A stretch of DNA of 64,000 nt from Balanoglossus misakiensis (Eukaryota; Animalia; Hemichordata): positions 7,657,337-7,721,336 of the forward strand of contig CM082586.2 of NCBI GenBank assembly GCA_040954595.2, written 5' to 3'. Positions within the stretch are counted from its first letter, which is position 1. The number at the start of each line of letters is the position of its first letter. Below, piece by piece: positions 1 through 12,992 of the stretch. Position numbers and translations under genes: made by a program. Below the pieces are notes generated by a model, which was not told where the DNA came from, searched no databases, and was given only the letters and a program-made list of their open reading frames with translations.

Positions 1-406
1 AGGACAGTGCTGACTGCACTGCCAAGTTATTACACGTGTATATCTCATATCCTTTACATGACAGTATCAATCTGGGCTTCTAAACACAAGTTGTTATCAG
101 AAAAGTACTAGCTTTAAATAATTGTTCTCTGTGGACCAAATAAATGGCCTACTGTGATTTTTTTAATCTCCCATGAACAGAATCAGATACTGAAATGTTG
201 TATTCCTAAAGTCTATAAAAAAGTTGCTTAAAAGCGGCATGTTTTTAGATGTGGTATCATTACTGTGAAAATTCATAGTACAAAATATGATTGAAAGGAC
301 TTACCGGTATATGGTTCATTCTTGGCAAACAGTAATTTTGAAATGGACCACATTTCTACAATGTCAGGTTTCCTTAATTATGCACACAACTTCTATCCTG
401 CATCAG

Positions 407-1420
407 AAAGGAATGCAAAAATATAGAAACTGAAGGTAAAAATGATGCAAACAAGGAAGAGATTGACGGTGGTGTTGATAGGACCATTGGGTGTATTCAA
501 CAGGTTGACAGGTAAGCATGGACATGGACACCATAAAGGATGTGCTCTTCACCCGTATTCATTAATTTCTGCATTGTCATTCTCAATCCCTGATTCTTGA
601 CTCAGTAGGTACTCCACCCAATCAGACACAGCCTTAATTTCAAAGTTTGGGTTTGCATCAACTATAAGATTTTCAGGAACTTTAATTATCACCTGAAGTA
701 TACTCCAGTGCATACATCTGTGTGGGCAAATGTAAGCATAGTTTGAAAATAAATTTTATGATAATTTCCCCAAAGTTGCAACTCATGGTGGGACCATGCA
801 AGCAAGGCTAGTTGGTAACAAGTTATTTTACATGATTTAACAAAGGATTCCTGACAGAGTTAGTGGTAATATACATGTCTGGTAAATATTCTTTTTCTCT
901 TCTGTGTGTAGGTTGTTAAGCACTCTTGCAACGCATAAAGTTGAAGTGTGCAAAGTAGCTCCATTTCTGGTTGCAGAATATGTCAGTCATATGCAGAGTG
1001 TTTCATTGCATCCACAGATTATGGTAAGTAGGTTCAGCCCTCTATCCACAGCTTACATCGCTTTTGCCTCGAGTTAGCTGTCTTTTGGCAGTGCAGTCTG
1101 AGTTACCAAGACTACGTGTTTTGGTCCTTTCCCCCCGAGGTCCAAAAACCTATTTTCTCATGTACTCGACTTTGTTCTGTGTGCTTTATTGGAACACAAG
1201 AAAAAGCATAGAATTATTAGATTAAAAAAAATAAAGTAAAACCATTTTGTTTTTTGATTTACAGAAATGTTCCACCTCTGGAATGAACACATTATTGGAC
1301 ATGTGTGACAAGAATGGTATTGCATGTGTACAAGCATCATTGCCAAGCAGACTGAAGGAAAATTTCAAATCACATCATGCAGATTTTGATAAGCATTATA
1401 AGTTCAAAGGAAAAATTTAA
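407..1420 (+). CDS. URB2: 3' end of URB2/Npa2 ribosome biogenesis protein; last three visible exons 407-511, 912-1023, 1265-1420; gene starts upstream of the window
   Basis: GT-AG bounded exons join in frame: ...IQQVDR/LLSTLATHKVEVCKVAPFLVAEYVSHMQSVSLHPQIM/KCSTSGMNTLLDMCDKNGIACVQASLPSRLKENFKSHHADFDKHYKFKGKI*. This resembles the Urb2 C-terminal domain as recalled (PFMVAQYV...VTLYPAVK...LILDLC...RASL...FKELYNDY). The 407 acceptor is the least certain boundary. Confidence 0.8.
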
Positions 1421-1958
1421 AAATGGACTGAAAATTTACTCTTTCCAAAATGGAAGAACAAACATGCACGAAGGTTATTGCATAAGAGGGGTTCTAAAAA
1501 GTGACAAGTGAAAATTGTAAAATTATTATAACAAACAAATAGTGGCGTCTCATTTATTCCTGTCTACCAAAGCAATCTCTCTTGCTTGAAAATGAGGTAT
1601 ACAAACTTGCAGAGAACATAAGCTGTTATTTTTGATGATATTTGCACCATTTGATACAGCATATTCTCAACAATTTCATGGTCTATTCCCTACAATGATG
1701 AGCCTTCAGCTGGTCATGACCGTTTATATATGTATTACAAGGAATATTATTGTTGTTACAAAGCGAGTCCATAAGTAAAATGCATGTACTTGATCTGTCC
1801 GTGGTGCTGTTTTGGTGATAGACTGAGAGATTCAGTCATTTATGTGCGCTCTACAGCCTCCTGAGGTTGAACTGCCATTCTTTTATTACAAAGTGAATAA
1901 ATCAATTAAAAACAATATTTTGTGTATGTTCACATTTTCTTATGGTATACAGATATCA

Positions 1959-2037
1959 CCTTTCACCACCATGGTTTAGTCTAAATTCATTGTTTTTTAT
2001 GGTAAAGTTTGACCTCTAAAGAGGAAACTGGGGTAAA
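1959..2037. mobile_element. Degenerate copy of the ~90-bp piggyBac-like MITE
   Basis: cctttcaccaccatggttt...aaactggggtaaa aligns by eye with the copies at 49693, 50973 and 56914. Confidence 0.6.
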
Positions 2038-2283
2038 TATGATCACGAAGTCATAATGAACTTGGCTAAAATAAATTGGCTGCGTAGTGGAAAAAAAATC
2101 CATGTTAAGAAAATAATGACTAAAGCCTCGAATTACATTAGTTTGATTGGGGTGTGAAAAGATCCACCGATGTAAATTAAACGAAAAGTTTGGAGAAAAA
2201 TGCAATTTCACCAGCATTTGGCATAAAAAACGTGGTTTGGGCGTTGGTGGCGCTCGCAGCTCAGGAGCTTGACCTCCATAAAC

Positions 2284-2376
2284 AGCGCCCTCTCATAAGT
2301 TCAAAGGTCAGCTAAAGAAACCCGGCAGTCTGTCCTTTACAAGATTGCCTTCAGTAGTGTGTGCACGTTACAATCG
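2284..2376 (+). promoter_or_regulatory. UBA52: Probable UBA52 core promoter and non-coding first exon (~2333-2376) starting in a pyrimidine tract
   Basis: tgtcctttac at 2331-2340 resembles the TCT/5'TOP start of ribosomal protein genes. Strong donor cg|gtgagt at 2376/2377, acceptor acacag at 3039 just before the ATG, and a DR1-like agttcaaaggtca at ~2298-2310. Confidence 0.6.
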
Positions 2377-3011
2377 GTGAGTTGAAATGAAATTGGGTGT
2401 AATAAGACCGATATATTATATTTTTGTCCCTTGTTCAAACGTACAATGTATCCTCACGCCAAACGACACATTCCATTGAGATGTTAAGACCAACGCCCCT
2501 TGAAAATAGTCGAATTCTTTTGATTAGAGACGCAGATGTGCACACACCAACGTCGAAGTCCCTAAACCTACAAACGAGACATAAATGATAAAAGCACGAC
2601 AATCATCATTCATGGCGACTAACGCGACTTGTGTCCGATTTATCATGGGACAATTATCTTTTAGTTTGTCGCAGTTTAAAATCAAGGCAGAGATTAGGAC
2701 AAACTTGTTCTGACAGCACTGCAATCGTAATATTCAAAATGTGGATGGGGGGGGGGGGGGGGGGTTCACCCCCTGTTGACATGTTGGCACCCCTAGCAAT
2801 TTGTCAAAGCATGGTCAAAAGGGGGGGGGGGGGGCTGGTGTCCCTTGAAATGTCATAATTCCCCCTGCCAGAGTGGGATCCCCCCAATATTCTGGAAAGG
2901 GGGACACTGCAAAGGCACAAATCTTGCATCACCTGCAGTGGGAGTTATTGCTGAAGTATAGTTTCAAATGAAAGCAAACAGTCACTGCCATTTTGCTCCA
3001 CCAGATTTTAA

Positions 3012-5235
<2,224 letters not shown>

Positions 5236-5870
5236 ATTCAAATTACATATTTTGTTTTTGTGGATCATAAGCTTGTAATGTAATAAAAGGTGCAAGTTTG
5301 AAAATATAGTGTCAGCTGCCTGTAAAATGACTCCTGTCTTTGAGTGATGTGTGTGCATGCATACATACATGAATGTGTGTGTGTGTGTGTGTGAAACAAA
5401 AGTGAGAACCTGGACTTCGATGGGAAAGCAGTGATGACAGAGACCTTATGTTAGGGGACGAATGCAACACATAACTTATGAATATAAGCAATGAGCAAAA
5501 ATGTGTGCAAAACTGAAGAACCGTTTTAATACATGCTTTATATCTGCATTCTGTATTCAAATAGAGTTGTAATGGTCAGTCACTAAGATGGAAAACATGT
5601 ACTGAGCCTCTCCACTCTTCTAATAATAGTACCAGTATGTTGCAAAATGTGGACTATTCCATTCAGGAAGAACAATCGAAAGTGTTGTCATTTGTTTCAT
5701 TACTGATTATTCAAATCTCCTTTATAAGTTTTATCAAAAGCCGTAATAAAAACTTAGTGGTCACAATGGTAGTTTGGTTTTTGAGGCCTATAAAAACTGA
5801 AACTTTTGATGATTATTTCAATTTTTTGGTCTGTATAGGTGCAATGTTAATATTGAATTTTTGTAAAACT

Positions 5871-7479
5871 TTTTAAAATTTGGCCATTTTTCACAAAAAA
5901 TAATGGGTTATAGCTCATGAAATTCATCAAAGATGACAATCTTTCGACTTTGCGAATTTTCAAAATTTGGCCATTTTTCACTAAAAATCAATTTGGCCAT
6001 TTTTCACGGAAAATCATGGGTTATAGCTCATGAAAATCATCAAAAAATGACAATTTTTCGACTTTGCGAATTTTCAAAATTTGGCCATTTTTCACAAAAA
6101 ATCATGGGTTATAGCTCATGAAAATCATCAAAGAATGACAATTTTTCGACTTTGCGAATTTTCAAAATTTGGCCAATTTTCACAAAAAATCATGGGTTAT
6201 AGCTCATGAAAATCATCAAAGAATGACAATTTTCCGACTTTGAGAATTTTCAAAATTGGACCATTTTTCACGGAAAACCATGGGTTATAGCTCATGAAAA
6301 TCATTAAAAAAATGACAATTTTTCGACTTTGCGAATTTTCAAAATTTGGCCATTTTTCACAAAAAATCATGGGTTATAGCTCATGAAAATCATCAAATAA
6401 TGACAATTTTCCGACTTTGGGAATTTTCAAAATTGGACCATTTTTCACGGAAAACCATGGGTTATAGCTCATGAAAATCATCAAAAAATGACAATTTTTC
6501 GACTTTGCGAACTTTCAAAATTGGGCTATTTTTCACAAAAAATCATGGGTCATAGCTAATGAAAATCATCAAAAAATGACAATTTTCGACTTTGGGAATT
6601 TTCAAAATTTGGCCATTTTTCACAAAAAATCATGGGTTATAGCTCATGAAAATCATCAAAGAATGACAATTTTTCGACTTTGCGAATTTTCAAAATTTGG
6701 CCATTTTTCACAAAAAATCATGGGTTATAGCTCATGAAAATCATCAAAGAATGACAATTTTTCGACTTTGGGAATTTTCAAAATTGGGCCATTTTTCACG
6801 GAAAACCATGGGTTATAGCTCATGAAAATCATCAAAGAATGACAATTTTTCGACTTTGCGAATTTTCAAAATTTGGCCATTTTTCACAAAAAATCATGGG
6901 TTATAGCTCATGAAAATCATCAAAGAATGACAATTTTTCGACTTTGCGAATTTTCAAAATTTGGCCATTTTTCACAAAAAATCATGGGTTATACATGTAG
7001 CTCATGAAAATCATCAAAGAATGACAATTTTTCGACATTGCGAATTTTCAAAATTTTGCCATTTTTCACAAAAAATCATGGGTTATAGCTCATGAAAATC
7101 ATCAAAGAATGACAATTTTTCGACTTTGCGAATTTTCAAAATTTGGCCATTTTTCACGGAAAACCATGGGTTATAGCTCATGAAAATCATCAAAGAATGA
7201 CAATTTTTCGACTTTGCGAATTTTCAAAATTTGGCCAATTTTCACAAAAAATCATGGGTTATAGCTCATGAAAATCATCAAAGAATGACAATTTTCCGAC
7301 TTTGAGAATTTTCAAAATTGGACCATTTTTCACGGAAAACCATGGGTTATAGCTCATGAAAATCATCAAAAAATGACAATTTTTCGACTTTGCGAATTTT
7401 CAATATTTGGCCATTTTTCACAAAAAATCATGGGTTATAGCTCATGAAAATCATCAAAGAATGACAATTTTTCGACTTT
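5871..7479. repeat. 88-bp AT-rich satellite, block 1 (~18 monomers)
   Basis: Monomer catgggttatagctcatgaaaatcatcaaagaatgacaatttttcgactttgcgaattttcaaaatttggccatttttcacaaaaaat (88 nt) repeated head to tail. Confidence 0.98.
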
Positions 7480-7657
7480 TTTTTTTTTTTTTTTTTTTTT
7501 AATTTTTATTGAGCATTTCAGAAGAAAAAAAAGACAAGACCACGAGGTACAAAAAAACGAGAAAAACAGGCTGGGAAGTGTTTGGCAAACTGTAGTAAAC
7601 TTACATCTGATAAAGAAAGAAAACAAAAACAAAGTTACATCCGCGTATATTTACTAT

Positions 7658-10600
7658 TTATAATGGTGGGGACTGTCCACAAAACTGACTTAGTTGTTTC
7701 CATTTGGGATCAGGGTTCATTTTGTCAAATTCTTTTAATTTCATTTTACATTTTTCAATTTCAATTTTTTGTTGTACCCATTTCATAAAATATTGTATGT
7801 TTGGTATTTTGTGTTTTTTCTTACATTCGTATATATGTTTTTTACCTAAAAGAATGATAAAATTGACAAGTGAAAAGTTGTCTTCCATGATCTTTCCCAA
7901 AATTACATTCTCTGGTGATAGAGTAAGTTGAATATTACAATTTCGAAGCAGAACTAATTCAATATCTCCCCAGAATTGTAGGACATATTCACATTCAAAG
8001 AAAAGATGAATTATGTCTTCAGTCCAAAAATGACAGAAAGTACATTTGTCTGAATCAATTACATTTCTTATTCTTAGAAATCTATTTGTATCTATGATTC
8101 GAGTTAATATTTTATACTGGAAACTTTGCAGTGCTGTGTCATCTGTGATTTTGAAAATAAGTGGAAAGAATTTTGTTAGCCCTTCATTCAGATTGAATTC
8201 CTCTATCCATTTCGTTGTGCTGCTTTGAGATTTTACTCTTTTCATTGTGCAATTTTGAAAAAGGTTTAAATAAACTTGCCTACAAACTTTTCCTGATATG
8301 AACAGTTGGTTGTTATTTAATTTATTTGGGTTCTTTTTAGCATTTTCTTTCCACTGTCTCGGTATGGCGTCAATGAGACACATATACTTAAACACACAGA
8401 GTTGGGCAGATCAAATTTTTTCCTGAGGTCTTTAAAGTCCATTATACACTGTTTTTCATCTAAAAGGTCTTTGAAGTTACAAATACCCTGTTGATGCCAG
8501 GTTAGATAATGCACTATTTTATCACTGATTAAAATATTTGGATTTGCCCAGAGGCACTCTGAAATTGACCCTCTGGCCTGGATTTTATTATTTGTGGGAA
8601 ACCACGTGATCAGCGTGTTTTTCCAAAATAAATTTTGACTAAAGTAAGTAAAGGCTACTTTTTTAGCAATTTGCGCAGTGAAGTAGGGAAAACAGTGTCC
8701 ACTGAACCCACATGTAATATTAAATAATTGTTTCCATTGTCCCGGTTTATCATCCATTAATCTGTATAACCATGATATATGGAGCGAATCAGCCAATATT
8801 GATAACTCTACCATATTCAATCCACCATTTTGAATATCACAGCACAGCCTGAGCCTATTAATTTTTGCTTGTCTGTTATTCCAGATAAAGCTTGAAAAAG
8901 CATCATTTAACTGTTGTAGCAGTGAAATCGACATCTTTGGAAGTATTGACATGATATGAATGAGCTTAGGTACTGCCAATGTCTTAACAACACATATTTT
9001 CCCACGCAATGTCAGTGGCCGCATGGACCACATATTCAAAAGTCGTTTAATTGAATCAATTACCGGAATATAGTTCAGTTTTTCGTATTTCTCTAATTTG
9101 ACGTCAAAGGTAATTCCAAGCAGAGTGAAAGGTTCGTCAGACCAATGTATATTATAATCAGTTTCTAATTGTTCATTACAGTATGCTTTCGAACCAAACC
9201 AAATAGCTTTTGTTTTCTCAAAATTTGGACGAAGACCGGAAATCAAAGAAAATTGTTTTAGTATTAAAAGCACTTCCTGCAATGAGCTTTGTGATCCATC
9301 TAGAAATAAGAATGAATCGTCAGCATATTGGCCTAGTAGAAATTTCTCATGTTCTACTTGGAATCCTTTGACGTGGGGAGATCTTCTTAATGCAGCAGCT
9401 AAAAGTTCAACAGCTGTTATGAATAAATAAGGTGACAGAGGATCACCCTGTCGAACACCTCTATGTATATTGAAAAAAGATGAAAAATGTCCGTTATTTA
9501 TAACACAACTGTTTATATTTTTATAACACACTTCTATCCACCTACAGAATGTATGGCCAAAGTTAAAATATTTTAACGTTTTAAGCATGTAACCCCATTC
9601 TATTGAATCAAATGCCTTTTCGAAGTCGAGCAACAGCATTAACCCAGGTAGATTTCTTACTTTAGCAATAGAAAATATATCATAGACTAGTCGGGTATTT
9701 TCACCAATAAAACGCCCTTTTAAAAAGCCCTTTTGATTCTCATGAATAATACTTGGCAATACGTTTTTCATTCTGTCAGCTAAAATTGCCGAGGCAATTT
9801 TGTAATCGGTATTTAGTAAAGTTATTGGTCGCCAATTCTTCAATAATTGTCTGTTTTTGTTCTGTTTCGGTATGCATGTAATTATTCCTTGTTTTTGTGT
9901 TACTGAAAATTCCCCCTTTTGATAGGCTTCGTTCAATGACCGTGTGACCAGATTCCCAACTGATGTCCAGAACATTTTGTAAAACTCGGCCGGAAAGCCA
10001 TCAGAGCCCGGACTTTTATTGTTTGACATTCTTCTCAACGCTTCTGTACATTCTTTTAATGTTATGGCACCTTCTAACTTTCCACTTTCTTCTGTACTAA
10101 GTTTAGGGATATCATTGTATTTCAGAAATTCACTCTCGGTGATAGACTCACTGCCTCGTTTGCTGGAATAAAGGGATTCGTAGAAGCATTTCTGTTCCTC
10201 GAGAATTTCTTCTTGTTTTGTTATGACATTGTCGTCCCTTATTAATTTACATATTGTTTTATTTACATACTGTCTTTTTTCTAACGAACAAAAGTATTTG
10301 GTTGGTTTTTCACCCTCTCCTGACCAACGTGCTTTAGAGCGCAGAATTGCTCCATCTACTTTAGCCTGCCTTAACTGTTCGATTGCCATGTTTTTTTCTT
10401 CTAATTTTTCTAAGTTGATCACGGAGGGGGAAACTGTACAAATTCTGTCAAGTTCTTCTATTTCTCTTTCTAAATCTTTCTCTTTTATATTTCTTTCACG
10501 TTTTTTCTGACTTCCGTAGGCTACAGAGGCGCCCCTTATTTTTAGCTTAATCACGTCCCAGAGTAGCTGATCTGAAATCGTATATTCTTCGTTAGTCAGA

Positions 10601-11445
10601 GACTTTGGGTCACGGTATTCCTTCAAAATTTCTTCAATAGTTTCATTTACCAGGTTAATATAATTTGGGTCACGTAAATGTGAAGTATTCAACTTCCAGA
10701 AACCTCTTCCTCTTTTAGAATTTATAATCGAAGCACTAAAAGAAATCATTGAATGGTCTGTTCTGTATCCAGGGGAAATATGAACACGGTCGGTCATTGA
10801 AGCAAAGTCTGGAGAAACTAAGAAGTAATCGATCCTGCTTTGAATTAGAGTTGTTTTTTTCCTCCGCCATGTGTACTTTCTATTCTGCTCATTTTGTGTA
10901 CGCCAAATGTCTACCAAATTAAACTCTGTGCACAGAAGATCGATGGCCTCTTTTGCTCCAGGATTAACATTTGTTCTATAACCATGTGTATCTATATCTG
11001 GGTTTCTGACAACATTCCAGTCACCGACGGCTATGATAGAGTTATTTTCGAACATTTCCAAATCTTCATGTAAATTTGAAAAGAAAGCTGGTTCGTCATT
11101 GTTTGGTCCATATAGGCAGGCCAGCGTAAATCGTTTTTCTTGAATTGTGATGTCCAATAAAATAGACCTCCCCGCCAAATCACTTTTTAGTTTGTTCACT
11201 TTAAACTCAACATTTCTGCAAAATAGAATTGCCACCCCTCTGCTATTGCTCGACCCCGAACTGAAAAAGCATGGTGCACCCCATTCAATTCGCCACCTAT
11301 TTATATCTTCTTCTGTGGAATGTGTCTCTTGTAAACAGCAGATAGAAAATTTTTTTTGTCTAAGCCAAAGAAACAGATCTTTTCGTTTTTTATAGTCTCT
11401 CAATCCGCGGACATTAATAGACATTATTTCTAATTTGTCAGACAT
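7658..11445 (-). CDS. LINE ORF2 (APE endonuclease, reverse transcriptase, C-terminal Cys/His zinc domain) broken by one frameshift at ~8395
   Basis: The 1042-aa ORF has SINVRGL, CLQETH, GDWN, SRIDY, TDH (APE) and KSPGSDG, NWRPITLLNTDYKI, LDFEKAFD, RGVRQGDPLSP, YADD (RT). The overlapping 245-aa ORF continues with AIPRQWK and CTFC...EDIIHLFFEC. Confidence 0.93.
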
Positions 11446-12014
11446 AGAAATTCATCTTTAAAGAAAACAAAATGCCAAATCGCAGCAGAAAAAAAAAACA
11501 GCAACAGCGAAACACGGAAAAGGCACCAAAAAGAAAGGAGAAGGAAAAAAAAGAGAGGAACGAAGAAAAACAACCACAAACAAAAACCACGCACACAAAA
11601 AGAAAGAAAACAAACAAAAAGGCACCGGAACGAAGGAGGAGGAAAAAAAAAATCAATGGCGGGAAAGGCGTAAACCAAACACCTGTACAGAATAACGTGA
11701 TAAACCATGGTGGAGTAGGTTGCGGTCTGAGAAACTCCCCCAAGTAGAACCTCTTGTATACATTCACCCGGTTTTTCAGCAATGACTTGTGAAAGTGATT
11801 ACCATAACAATATGCATTGACAATTAACACGTTTTAAAAATAGCGATCACACTTTTCCAGATGCATATTGATGAAATGGGGACCAAGCGCGGGAAACGAA
11901 ACAAAGCAAACAAAGAGAACCCGACATTTTGTCGTTAATTTAGCCTGTGGCCCCATCTCAAAAGAGAAAAAAAGTAAACATTTTGTGCATCTTACATTTG
12001 GAAAAATGAAAAAT

Positions 12015-12845
12015 TCACACTTGACGTTGATGAGGCCTATATGGGCGCCCATCAATAAAGAGCTTGCCATTTCTGAATGCAACGTCTCTCTTCTCTTTTC
12101 TGGCGGCGTCCATGATGGGTTTCAACTCTCGCCTTCTTTCGTAGTCTTCTTTCGGTAAATCGTTCACCACAAATATGTCTTTACCTTCTAGAATGTTCCT
12201 TGCCTTCTTCAGGATCGTAAACTTCTGGGGTCTGCTGTGTAGCCGCACGATGATATGTCTCGGTCTGTCTTTCCCCTTGAAGCCAGTTCTATGGGCATTC
12301 TCTATTTCGTTTGGTGATGTTTTAAAGTGGCATGACAAGATTTCTTGGGCGATGGCTAAAGTATCTTCGTCCTGTTTTTCTTCCACTCCGCCTATTCGAA
12401 TGTTGAAACTTCTTGTGTATCTTTCAAGTCGAACATTGTCTTCTTTCAAATCCTTGAGTTCTTGTTTCGAAATCACATAACGAGTTTCTATATCCACCAA
12501 CTGTTTTCTCAGACTCTCTGCGTTTGCTTTCATGTCGACAACTTCGTCTCCCGTATGCTGTAGAGATTTCTCTAAATCTTTTTGTGCCGATTCAACAACA
12601 TCAAGTCTATTCAACATATGCCTTTGAATGTCGTTGTTTTCTTTCAATTCAGTTTGTATCTTTGTAACAGCCTCAAACATAAACTTACGGAACTCCGAGT
12701 CGTCTTCCAGTATTCTCTTCTCTGTTGTGACATTGAAACCCTCGAAGTCCGTTAGACGCTTCGGGCTCGGCGAGCTGAGCGCTGGCGGTTGACTCGTCGG
12801 CGTTTTCTTGTTCGAATTTTGTGTTTTGCGACCACTTGACGGCAT
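12015..12845 (-). CDS. LINE ORF1 (coiled coil, RRM, CTD; L1-type RNA chaperone), 276 aa
   Basis: Heptad-rich middle, then RSFNIRIGGVEE, IENAHR, RPRHIIVRL and NDLPKEDYERRREL...KLFIDG motifs typical of L1-type ORF1; lies upstream of ORF2 inside the TSDs. Confidence 0.88.
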   Translation of the reverse strand: MPSSGRKTQNSNKKTPTSQPPALSSPSPKRLTDFEGFNVTTEKRILEDDSEFRKFMFEAVTKIQTELKENNDIQRHMLNRLDVVESAQKDLEKSLQHTGDEVVDMKANAESLRKQLVDIETRYVISKQELKDLKEDNVRLERYTRSFNIRIGGVEEKQDEDTLAIAQEILSCHFKTSPNEIENAHRTGFKGKDRPRHIIVRLHSRPQKFTILKKARNILEGKDIFVVNDLPKEDYERRRELKPIMDAARKEKRDVAFRNGKLFIDGRPYRPHQRQV

Positions 12846-12992
12846 CCTCCCTATATTCTGACTACTCGCAGTGATGATTGAAGTTTGGAAGGGGGGATGG
12901 CTGAGAAAGCGGGTAGAAAGTCTTAGAAATTAGACTGAGGTGGCGGAGCTTCACCAGCACACGTCTTCACTGTAGCGCCATTGGTATGCTCC

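Larger units (their letters stand above)
7480..12992 (-). mobile_element. Full-length (~5.5 kb) non-LTR retrotransposon of the L1/Tx1 group inserted in the 88-bp satellite
   Basis: Poly(A) tail (T run 7477-7500) preceded by AATAAA (7505-7510). TSD tgacaatttttcgac(ttt) of 15-18 bp at 7462-7479 and 12993-13010. ORF1 and ORF2 present. The 5' end reads GGAGCATACCAATGGCG, with a YY1-like ATGGCG. Confidence 0.95.

Noticed and set aside
2744-2835. Two long poly-G runs in UBA52 intron 1 (also at ~46483 and ~63420)
   Set aside because: Simple homopolymers found at several unrelated intronic sites; nothing supports a specific function.
5655-5680. ttcc-attca-ggaa plus gaagaacaatcg as a possible 3' subTIR partner of the 44143-44193 cap (gaggaacaagcg)
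   Set aside because: Only 10 of 12 bases match, and the 4-bp stem overlaps the motif. Too weak to claim that one element spans the whole block.
11430-11830. Phe-rich and Lys-rich ORFs between LINE ORF1 and ORF2
   Set aside because: Low-complexity T-rich inter-ORF spacer; composition alone explains the open frames.
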